In this document: one piece after another, positions 7,370 through 14,970 of the stretch
How the letters are laid out: each line of letters starts with the position of its first letter
Numbering within the stretch: the stretch's first letter is position 1
DNA from: Candidatus Methanoperedens sp.
Lineage (GTDB): Archaea; Halobacteriota; Methanosarcinia; Methanosarcinales; Methanoperedenaceae
Assembly: GCA_027460535.1 (NCBI GenBank)
Contig: JAPZAR010000011.1
Span: 120,001 to 152,000 of the forward strand
Length of the DNA stretch: 32,000 nucleotides
Direction of reading: 5' to 3'
Program-made: the position numbers and the translations under genes
The notes under the pieces: generated by a model
Databases searched by the model: none
What the model was told of the DNA's origin: nothing
What the model saw: the letters and a program-made list of their open reading frames with translations, nothing else

Positions 7370-9094
7370 ATGAAACAGTACCTGGCAGTTTTGATAATAA
7401 TCCTCTGGTCGGCAAACCTTGCACTGGCAAACGCTCCCCGTCCTGAAGATGCGGCATGGTGGGATACAGCTGTCACTGGTACTCTTTATAAAGGCGACAC
7501 ACTGAGCAACGGGCCGTATACGGTCAAAGCAGTGAATTTCCCTGCCGGTGTTCCAGGGATAAAAAAGATCGATGGAACTATTGTACCGGAAGACCCCGTG
7601 GATCCGCAGGTTTTTCTTGAGGTCTATAATAATGGCACCCTCATCAAAGAACTTATATTGACTCTGGCCAGCGGAGTTTATACCGATCCGGATAATGAAG
7701 TCAAGGTATCTTTTACAGGAGGGCCAGCTAAGAATTCACAAGAGTGGGTACTTGAGTATTATAAACCATATGCCGCCATATCCATCCAGAGGAGGGCGCT
7801 TCCCAAAATTGATGTTACAGTGACGACCGATAAGTCGACCTACACCTCATACGACGACCAGATAATTACGGCCACTGCGCAGGTAACTAACAGTGGTCAC
7901 GGTTATGCCAAAAATATAGATGTTTACCTTAATATAGACGATCTGAAACTCCGGGGAGGGGATACCAATCAGCTTCACAAATACTATTACGAATTGAATT
8001 CCGGAGAGAGCCAGAGCTTCTCGGTCATACTGGTTGTTCCTGAATTGATCGATATGAATACATACAACCTGAGCGCAGATGCAAAAGGTTTTGATATCAA
8101 ATATCTGGAGTACAAAGCTGCGACAAGTAAATTAGCCATCACAGTCTCTCCAAAGCTGAATTACTTCGTTATCAGCAAAGGCATGAGAGACCGTATGTAT
8201 CTTAAGAACATCGCCACCGTGAGAGTAAACGTGGGGAACGGGGGAATGTTTGATATATACAATATCCGTGTTAACGACAGCTTGAATGATAATTTTGCAC
8301 TTATGTCCAATACCTCGCTTCAATGGGTTATACCCGTGCTCAAGCCCGGACAGGAATGGGGCACGACATATTCACTTAAACCTCTTGAAGCCAACCTCGA
8401 TGGGTTTATAATCCCGGCGGTGAATGCGAATTTCACGGTCAATAATAAACCTTACAGTGCCTCTTCACAAACAATCACAGTGGTTGTCAACGGTCCAAAG
8501 ATATTATTTAACAAGACCGTGGACAAGTCTATGGTGAACCTGAGTGATAATGTAAATGTAACCGTGAGTCTTAGAAATGTGGGGGATATAGGTACAAAGA
8601 TCGAAGTTAAAGACTCATTGCCGGACAGTGTTAGTATGGTCGGTGGTCCAACATCACTGCTCAATTGGTCTGACCCTGATTCTGTCATGAACTTCACCTA
8701 TACCATCCGCATGAATCAAGAAGGAAACATTGAATTACCTGCGGCTGTGATTAATTATACCGAGGTGGAATACAGAGGGTTATTACGTGCGAAAAATATG
8801 TCGAATAGGCCCATCGTCTCTGTTATGAACCCTAACAAGAGTACACCAACTCCAACAGAGACCCCAAAGCCGGCTGAAACAGTGGCGCTGGCCGGACCTC
8901 AGCAAACAACAGTGCCTGAGGAAACATTGACACAGAAAATAATCCACTCGCTTGAATCGTTAATTCCAGGTGCAAAGTCTAAGAATTCATCGCAGGGTAC
9001 GCCTGAACCAACTCCGACTCCCATAACCCCTGGTTTTAATGGCATAATCGCTGTCCTGGTCTTGGTGTTCGCTGCCTCCAGAAGACGCAGATGA
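7370..9094 (+). CDS. Secreted surface (S-layer-like) glycoprotein candidate with CARDB/DUF11-like repeats and a PGF-CTERM archaeosortase sorting signal
   Basis: It has a signal peptide (MKQYLAVLIIILWSANLALANA). At least three Ig-like repeat signatures are present (AQVTNSGHGYAKNIDVYL, VRVNVGNGGMFDIYNIRVNDSL, VTVSLRNVGDIGTKIEVKDSLPDSV). There are many N-x-S/T sequons and a Thr/Pro-rich linker. The protein ends in PITPGFNGIIAVLVLVFAASRRRR, i.e. PGF, a TM helix and a basic tail. Confidence 0.8.
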   Translation: MKQYLAVLIIILWSANLALANAPRPEDAAWWDTAVTGTLYKGDTLSNGPYTVKAVNFPAGVPGIKKIDGTIVPEDPVDPQVFLEVYNNGTLIKELILTLASGVYTDPDNEVKVSFTGGPAKNSQEWVLEYYKPYAAISIQRRALPKIDVTVTTDKSTYTSYDDQIITATAQVTNSGHGYAKNIDVYLNIDDLKLRGGDTNQLHKYYYELNSGESQSFSVILVVPELIDMNTYNLSADAKGFDIKYLEYKAATSKLAITVSPKLNYFVISKGMRDRMYLKNIATVRVNVGNGGMFDIYNIRVNDSLNDNFALMSNTSLQWVIPVLKPGQEWGTTYSLKPLEANLDGFIIPAVNANFTVNNKPYSASSQTITVVVNGPKILFNKTVDKSMVNLSDNVNVTVSLRNVGDIGTKIEVKDSLPDSVSMVGGPTSLLNWSDPDSVMNFTYTIRMNQEGNIELPAAVINYTEVEYRGLLRAKNMSNRPIVSVMNPNKSTPTPTETPKPAETVALAGPQQTTVPEETLTQKIIHSLESLIPGAKSKNSSQGTPEPTPTPITPGFNGIIAVLVLVFAASRRRR

Positions 9095-10029
9095 GTTCGA
9101 TAATCTTCACCCATGGGGATTGCGACGGGATATGCTCTGGCGCCATAGTCAAAAGTGCACTTCCGGATTCAACCATATTTTTCACAAGTCCTGTAGGTCT
9201 TCTTAGCGAACTGAACAATATCCGTGAAAGGTATGATGATCTCGTGATTTGCGATATCGCGATAGATGAAAAAACATACCCGCAGCTCAAGATAAAATTA
9301 AGTGAGCTGGCCAATGAATCAAACGTAATTTACATGGATCACCATCCACTGCCTGAGCGAAGGTATAATTCGGACTGGTTCTTTTACGATACTTGTTCCA
9401 CTGCTGAACTGGCATTCCGTATCTTTGAGAAAAACCTGAACCGCGATATGAGGCGCGTGGCGATCTATGGCGCCATGGGGGATTTCAGTGAGACCGCCGT
9501 AGTAAAAAAATGGGAACGAGACTGGGATAAGAGGACGCTGTATTTTTATGCGGGAACCTTGATACAGGGGATAACCTACGCAGGCAGAGATTATAATTGC
9601 AAGAGAAAGATTGCTGACGCGCTATCCTATGATATGCCGCCTCCGGAGATAGAAGGTCTTCTTGATGCGGCTGTTATAGCTTCACGGAAGGAAGAGGAGA
9701 TCAGGTCTTTGGTCAGGAAGAGTGTGGTGAAATTGAAAAATCTTGCTTATGTTATCGATATCAATGGATATATGTCAAAAGCGGCAATCTACGCTGCCTC
9801 CTACGGAAATGCACTTGTGGGTGTATCCTGCGAGTACAGGGCACAGAAACATGTGTATGATATAAGTATCCGCCTTCGCAATGGCGGGGTGGATCTGAAT
9901 ACAATACTGCGCCGTGTGGCTCTCAGCCATGGCGGGACGGGAGGAGGGCACCCTTTTGCAGGCGGTGCTCGCATTCCGAAAAGAGAGCTGGAAGCTTTTT
10001 TATATGACCTGGACGATGCGTTAGGGTAA
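9091..10029 (+). CDS. DHH/DHHA1-family phosphoesterase (NrnA/RecJ-like small form)
   Basis: The 312-aa product carries the motifs HGDCDGICSG, ICDIAID, MDHHP and GGGHPFAGGA. Its start overlaps the upstream stop (ATGA). Confidence 0.8.
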   Translation: MSSIIFTHGDCDGICSGAIVKSALPDSTIFFTSPVGLLSELNNIRERYDDLVICDIAIDEKTYPQLKIKLSELANESNVIYMDHHPLPERRYNSDWFFYDTCSTAELAFRIFEKNLNRDMRRVAIYGAMGDFSETAVVKKWERDWDKRTLYFYAGTLIQGITYAGRDYNCKRKIADALSYDMPPPEIEGLLDAAVIASRKEEEIRSLVRKSVVKLKNLAYVIDINGYMSKAAIYAASYGNALVGVSCEYRAQKHVYDISIRLRNGGVDLNTILRRVALSHGGTGGGHPFAGGARIPKRELEAFLYDLDDALG

Positions 10030-10595
10030 TGAAAGAAATAATATTCGTGGGGCGCTCCAATGTGGGCAAGTCCACGCTAATTACAGCGCTCACGGGCAGG
10101 AAGCTCCCTTCAGGAAGGCGCCCCGGTGTGACGAGAAAGCCACAGCATATACCTTACCAGGATTTCCAGATCACGGACATGCCCGGATTCGGGTTCATGA
10201 GCGGCACAAGTGAAGAAAGCATGGATGCCATCAAGGACAATATTGTTCACTATCTGGAAAAGAATGCGCCGAATATAGTCCTGGCGGTTATGGTTGTGAA
10301 CGCTGCATCTTTTGCTGAGATCGTGGACAGGTGGGCTGCAAGGAACGAAATACCCGTGGAGGTTGAACTTTTTGAATTTTTGCATGAGCTGGATATCGAT
10401 ATTGTGGTGGCTGCGAACAAAATAGACAAAGTCAAGGCCGTTGATGAAACGCTTGATGGAATCGCGGAGCGCCTGGGCATGATGCCTCCGTGGAAACAGT
10501 GGATTGATGTGATAGTGCCAGTGAGCGCGAAGAAAAAGGAAGTGAGAAGGTTGAAAGAGATAATGCAGAAAAGGATGGAAGGGAGAACAAAATAA
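10029..10595 (+). CDS. engB: Ribosome-biogenesis GTPase EngB/YihA
   Basis: The 188-aa product has G1 GRSNVGKST, G3 DMPGFG and G4 NKIDK, plus SAK near the C-terminus. It has a TAATG overlap with the DHH gene. Confidence 0.85.
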   Translation: MKEIIFVGRSNVGKSTLITALTGRKLPSGRRPGVTRKPQHIPYQDFQITDMPGFGFMSGTSEESMDAIKDNIVHYLEKNAPNIVLAVMVVNAASFAEIVDRWAARNEIPVEVELFEFLHELDIDIVVAANKIDKVKAVDETLDGIAERLGMMPPWKQWIDVIVPVSAKKKEVRRLKEIMQKRMEGRTK

Positions 10596-10680
10596 AAAAC
10601 AGCTGTGCCAGAGGAATTTCGCTTGGGGAATTTAAAATTGTGCTTAGCTTTTTAAACCCTTCATAATATTATATCCCACC

Positions 10681-13029
10681 ATGCAAAAGCCGGAACTTCT
10701 CGCCCCTGTCGGCAGCGAAGAAGCCCTCATAGCAGCAGTCGAGAACGGGGCTGACGCTGTATATTTTGGCGGGAGACTTTTCAGCGCACGTCAGTACGCC
10801 TCGAACTTCAATCGCGAGGAGCTTGAATGGGCTATCGATTATGCGCATGTGCGAGGCGTTAAAGCGTACGTGACTGTGAACACTTTGATCAAGGATTCAG
10901 AGCTTGAAGAGGCGTTTGATTATCTTCAATTCCTCTGCAATGCCGGCGCTGATGCGGTCATTGTGCAGGACCTGGGCATCCTTCGGCTTCTGCGTGAGCA
11001 GCTTCCCGGACTCCCAGTCCATGCCAGCACACAGATGACCATTCACAACGCTGAAGGGGTGAAGTTCCTCCATGAGATGGGGGTTAAGCGCGTGGTTCTG
11101 GCTCGTGAATTGTCCCTTAATGAAATCCGCAGCATAAAATCACAAACCTCATGCGAGATTGAAACCTTCATCCACGGCGCTTTATGCTTTTCATATTCGG
11201 GGCAGTGTCTTTTGAGCAGCATGATAGGAGGACGGAGCGGCAACCGCGGATACTGCGCCCAGCCTTGCCGGAAAAAATACCGAATTAAAGAAATTGAAGG
11301 CTATCTCCTCAGCCCCAAAGACCTCAATATGAGCGAGCATATCCCAGATTTAGTAAAGGCTGGGATTGACTCTTTCAAGATCGAAGGGCGGATGAAGCGG
11401 CATGAATATGTGGCCGGAGTGGTTCGCATATACAGAAAGCTTATCGAGAGATATTTTGAGGCGCAGGGGAACTTCCATGTTACGGATGAAGAGAAGCATA
11501 CGCTGCTCCAGTTGTTCAACCGGGGATTCACCACGGGATACTTTTTTGGGAATCCGGGAAGCCAACTGATGAGCAGAAAATATCCTCATAATATCGGTAC
11601 GGAAATCGGCACTGTTGTTGGATATGATAACAGGAAAAAATTACTTTCATTATACCTGAAAGCGCCGCTGAGTGCTGGAGATGGCATCGGGACAGGAGGA
11701 GGGGATGGATTTGTTGTCAGGAGCATGTATGCAAACAATAAAAGAGTGAGCGCAGCGGGCTCAGGTCTGGTCAAGATACCTTTTGATATCGAGATAGGTA
11801 AAGGCAGCGCCGTTTTCAAGACTTACGACAGCAGGCTTATGGCTTCTTTAGAAGCAAAGAGCATCAGGAAGATTCCAGTAAAAATGTCAGTTAAAGCCAG
11901 AATAGGCGAGCCTGTTCAACTCTGCATCAACGATGGCGAAAATGAAATTGCAGTTCAAGGTGGAATCGTCAGCAGGGCAGAAAGTAAGCCGATCTCAAAA
12001 GACTGGATGGCAACTCAGTTAAAAAAACTCGGAAATACTGTTTTTGAGGCGCATGAAATCTCATTTGATTCTGACGAGAACATTTTTATTCCGGTTTCTG
12101 AACTGAACGAGCTTCGCCGCAGAGCGGTTGCCGAGCTTGAGGCAGAGAGGGTGCAGAAATGGAAGCGTAGATGCAAGAAACCTGAGATCGCCTCTGGAAA
12201 GAGAAATGCTAAAATCAAACCAATTTTGGCTGTGAAGACCGATACCATTGAAGCTTGTGAGGCTGCTGTTGATAGCGGCGCCGATGTTGTGTACATTGGT
12301 GGCGATGTGTCTGAAAATAACGAACCGCAGATGAACGCAGATGAACGCAGATTTGTAGAAAGGGGGGATTACGATTATGCTATAGAATACGCGCACAAAA
12401 GGGGCGCAGGTGTATTTATCAGCACGCCAAGAATAATAAAAGATATCAAAAACTTAAATGCTAATCTGGATTCTGATGGTTTCCTTGTTTCAAATCTTGG
12501 GGTTTTGTATTATCTTCGCAATATGGATAAGTCGATAATCCTGGATTATCCTTTCAATGTCTTCAACAGGCTGACGATGAATTTTCTTTTAAATTATAGC
12601 CAGAGGATAACTCTCTCACCCGAACTTACACTTGAGGAAATCAAAAACCTTACGCAATATGGCGCAACCGAATGCGTAGTGCACGGCAATTTCCCTCTTA
12701 TGGTTTCAGAGCACAATCTTGTGGGCAGCCTTTTTTCGAGAGACATCAAGGATGGCATGCTGAAGGATGAGAAGGGTTTTGCTTTTCCTGTAAGAACAGA
12801 CACGGAGGGAAGAACCTGCGTGATGAACTCCCGCGAGCTGTGCATGCTTGAGTACGTGCCTGAGATAATGGAAGCGGGCGTGGGGTGCCTAAGGATAGAG
12901 GCGGGGATGTATGATAAGGATAAGATCGGGGAGATTACGAGGGCGTACAGGGAGGCTATGGATAGGAGGAAGGGGAAGGATTGCATAGGGAAATATACAA
13001 CAGGTCATTATTTCAGAGGTGTGGTGTGA
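10681..13029 (+). CDS. Peptidase-U32-family protein, tandem (double U32 core) form
   Basis: In the 782-aa product the N-terminal half has the U32 pattern (PELLAPVGS..AAVENGADAVYFGG, YVTVNT, HASTQM). It also has the Cys motif CFSYSGQCLLSSMIGGRSGNRGYCAQPCR. A second U32-like barrel starts near aa 515 (ILAVKTDTIEACEAAVDSGADVVYIGGD...YAHKRGAGVFISTPRI) without the same Cys spacing. Confidence 0.85.
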   Translation: MQKPELLAPVGSEEALIAAVENGADAVYFGGRLFSARQYASNFNREELEWAIDYAHVRGVKAYVTVNTLIKDSELEEAFDYLQFLCNAGADAVIVQDLGILRLLREQLPGLPVHASTQMTIHNAEGVKFLHEMGVKRVVLARELSLNEIRSIKSQTSCEIETFIHGALCFSYSGQCLLSSMIGGRSGNRGYCAQPCRKKYRIKEIEGYLLSPKDLNMSEHIPDLVKAGIDSFKIEGRMKRHEYVAGVVRIYRKLIERYFEAQGNFHVTDEEKHTLLQLFNRGFTTGYFFGNPGSQLMSRKYPHNIGTEIGTVVGYDNRKKLLSLYLKAPLSAGDGIGTGGGDGFVVRSMYANNKRVSAAGSGLVKIPFDIEIGKGSAVFKTYDSRLMASLEAKSIRKIPVKMSVKARIGEPVQLCINDGENEIAVQGGIVSRAESKPISKDWMATQLKKLGNTVFEAHEISFDSDENIFIPVSELNELRRRAVAELEAERVQKWKRRCKKPEIASGKRNAKIKPILAVKTDTIEACEAAVDSGADVVYIGGDVSENNEPQMNADERRFVERGDYDYAIEYAHKRGAGVFISTPRIIKDIKNLNANLDSDGFLVSNLGVLYYLRNMDKSIILDYPFNVFNRLTMNFLLNYSQRITLSPELTLEEIKNLTQYGATECVVHGNFPLMVSEHNLVGSLFSRDIKDGMLKDEKGFAFPVRTDTEGRTCVMNSRELCMLEYVPEIMEAGVGCLRIEAGMYDKDKIGEITRAYREAMDRRKGKDCIGKYTTGHYFRGVV

Positions 13030-13131
13030 AGATGAATTCTGACCAGTGCAAATCCCTCCAATGCGTGACCTCGCCATTCGACGCACGTCAGCCGAAATTT
13101 TTATTACCACATAACAGCACGAGGTAATAAT

Positions 13132-13359
13132 ATGAAAGTGATGAGCTATAGGGTCATACTAAGAAAGGAACCAGAGGGAGGTTATACGGTAATAGTTCCC
13201 TCTCTTCCCGGTTGTGTTACATACGGGGAGACGATAGAAGAAGCAATAGAGATGGCAAGAGAAGCTATCGAGTTATACCTAGATAGTTTAAAAGAGCATG
13301 GTGAAGAGATACCAACAGAGGAAGGGACTTTGGAATATACCCTGATGGCTTATGCCTAA
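13132..13359 (+). CDS. hicB: HicB-family (UPF0150) antitoxin-like protein
   Basis: The 75-aa sequence YRVILRKEPEGGYTVIVPSLPGCVTYGETIEEAIEMAREAIELYLDSLKEHGEEIP is the typical HicB N-terminal RNase-H-like fold signature. No DNA-binding extension is present. Confidence 0.75.
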   Translation: MKVMSYRVILRKEPEGGYTVIVPSLPGCVTYGETIEEAIEMAREAIELYLDSLKEHGEEIPTEEGTLEYTLMAYA

Positions 13360-13456
13360 ACTTCCTACACTCATTACTCAGAAAATATCCCGGTATTCCG
13401 ATTCGATCGATTGCACAGGATTTACCGCATTATATTATCTCATAAAATTTTTATGA
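13352..13456 (+). pseudogene. Possible decayed HicA toxin stub (34 codons)
   Basis: ATG 13352 overlaps the hicB stop. It translates to MPKLPTLITQKISRYSDSIDCTGFTALYYLIKFL*. The first ~24 aa resemble the HicA N-terminus as I remember it (MPKLPvlSgKEviKaLEKlGF). The remainder is unrelated, and the product is about half the usual HicA length. Confidence 0.3.
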
Positions 13457-13872
13457 AAATATTCTTCGCTGGTTCCATAAGAGGAGGGCGGCAGCTTATC
13501 TCCACTTACGAGCACATCATCCGCTTCCTTAAATCGCATAATTACAACGTCATAAGCGAGCATGTGGCTTCAGAGGCTCTTGAAAAAGTGGAAATTAAAA
13601 TGTCAGAGCCGGAGATCTTCCAGAAGGATACAGAATGGATCGAAGAGAGCGATTGCATGATTGCCGAAGTCACGGTTCCATCGATCGGGGTGGGATACGA
13701 GATTTGCCATGCGGTCAAGCATCACAAACCCGTACTTTGCGTGTATCAAAAAGGAACGAAAGCTTCCGCGATGGTACTTGGGAATGCGAGCGTAACAGCA
13801 AGACAGTATTCGGATAAGAAACAACTTGAAGAAATACTGCTAAATTTTCTGGAAAAAAAAGAAATTGCGTGA
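13453..13872 (+). CDS. DNPH1/Rcl-like 2'-deoxynucleoside 5'-phosphate N-hydrolase (nucleoside 2-deoxyribosyltransferase superfamily)
   Basis: From the ATG at 13453 it reads MKIFFAGSIRGGRQLISTYEHIIRFLKSHNYNVISEHV...ESDCMIAEVTVPSIGVGYEICHAV, the DNPH1-type pattern (FAGSIRGGR, SxGVGYE). I disfavour the track ORF's 14-codon extension from TTG 13411. Confidence 0.7.
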   Translation: MKIFFAGSIRGGRQLISTYEHIIRFLKSHNYNVISEHVASEALEKVEIKMSEPEIFQKDTEWIEESDCMIAEVTVPSIGVGYEICHAVKHHKPVLCVYQKGTKASAMVLGNASVTARQYSDKKQLEEILLNFLEKKEIA

Positions 13873-13900
13873 TGTGAAGAAATCACATCACTTTGAAATT

Positions 13901-14881
13901 TTACTGACCTTCCATGAATGGGCTCTTGACACCTGTCAAGACTGCCATTACACGTACTCTGCCAGTGAGCTGATCATCGACTTTTGCGCCCCAGATTACT
14001 CTCTTTGTGTTCGGGACTTTGTCCATGATCAATTCGCCTGTGACCGCGACCTCTTCAAGTGTCAGGTCTTCGCCTCCCACGATGTGGATGAGCACACCAT
14101 AGGTTGCTGACATATCCGAGATGTCAAGCAGTGGAACTGCAAGTGCCTGTGAGACTGCCTTCGCTACTCTATCCTCGCCGTCGCCTTCACCGATGCCGAT
14201 TGCTGATATTCCGCCCCTCTCCATGACCGCGCGAAGATCTGCGTAGTCCAGGTTGATAAGGCTTGGCTGGGTGATCGTCTCTGTAATGTTCTTGACGAAC
14301 GCTCCGACCAGCGCATTTGCTACAGCAAGTGCCTCTTTCAGAGGTAGGTTCCCGGCTACTTCCCTTAACTTTGAGTTATCGATCACTATCGTTGAGTCGC
14401 AGCTCTCAGTAAGTGCCTTTATGGCTTCTCTTGCCTTTTCTCTTCTGAACTGCTCGATCTTGAATGGGATCGTAACGCATGCGATTGTAAGAGAACCAAT
14501 TTCTCTTGTCACTTCAGCGACAACGGGTATTGCTCCTGTGCCTGTTCCTCCTCCTAATCCTGCTACCAGGAATACAAGGTTTGTACCCTCCAGTTCAGCT
14601 TTTATTTCTGCCAGGTTCTCTTTGGTTGCCTGGGCACCCATTTCTGGGTATCCTCCGCACCCGTGTCCCTTGCATAATTTCTCACCAAGTAAGATCAACT
14701 TATCAGCTTTACTCATTGTACTTAAGTGATTTACATCAGTGTTAGCTGCGATTATCCTTCCGCCGGCCATTCCTTTTTCTGCTATCCAAGTCGTAATATT
14801 GCATCCAGCACCACCAAGCCCGACTACGGCCACAGATGGTTTTGATGTCCTTACAAGCTCTGCTAACTTTTCGTTAACCAT
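13901..14881 (-). CDS. ftsZ: FtsZ-family tubulin-like GTPase (short, divergent paralogue)
   Basis: The start is set at ATG 14881 (MVNEKLAELV...), preceded by GGAGG 8 nt upstream. The track's longer ORF would overlap cdhE. Motifs are GLGGAGCN (T1), GHGCGGYPEMG (T4 variant), GLGGGTGTGAIPVVAEV (tubulin signature) and NLDYADLRAV (T7). The 326-aa product has no C-terminal linker or tail. Confidence 0.85.
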   Translation of the reverse strand: MVNEKLAELVRTSKPSVAVVGLGGAGCNITTWIAEKGMAGGRIIAANTDVNHLSTMSKADKLILLGEKLCKGHGCGGYPEMGAQATKENLAEIKAELEGTNLVFLVAGLGGGTGTGAIPVVAEVTREIGSLTIACVTIPFKIEQFRREKAREAIKALTESCDSTIVIDNSKLREVAGNLPLKEALAVANALVGAFVKNITETITQPSLINLDYADLRAVMERGGISAIGIGEGDGEDRVAKAVSQALAVPLLDISDMSATYGVLIHIVGGEDLTLEEVAVTGELIMDKVPNTKRVIWGAKVDDQLTGRVRVMAVLTGVKSPFMEGQ

Positions 14882-14929
14882 ATTATAGCCTCCTTGACTA
14901 AAATTGTGGCTACTCTCTTTACACCTTTT

Positions 14930-14943
14930 AAGTATATAGATAT
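14930..14943 (-). promoter_or_regulatory. Candidate TATA box for the ftsZ-family gene
   Basis: The minus strand reads TATCTATATACTT about 50-60 nt upstream of ATG 14881, in the 89-bp cdhE-ftsZ spacer. This is a pattern match only. Confidence 0.3.
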
Positions 14944-14970
14944 TATTGATGAACGGTGCTGGAAACGGCC

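Noticed and set aside
14253-14729. 158-aa plus-strand ORF
   Set aside because: It is antisense to the ftsZ-family gene and is a shadow ORF.
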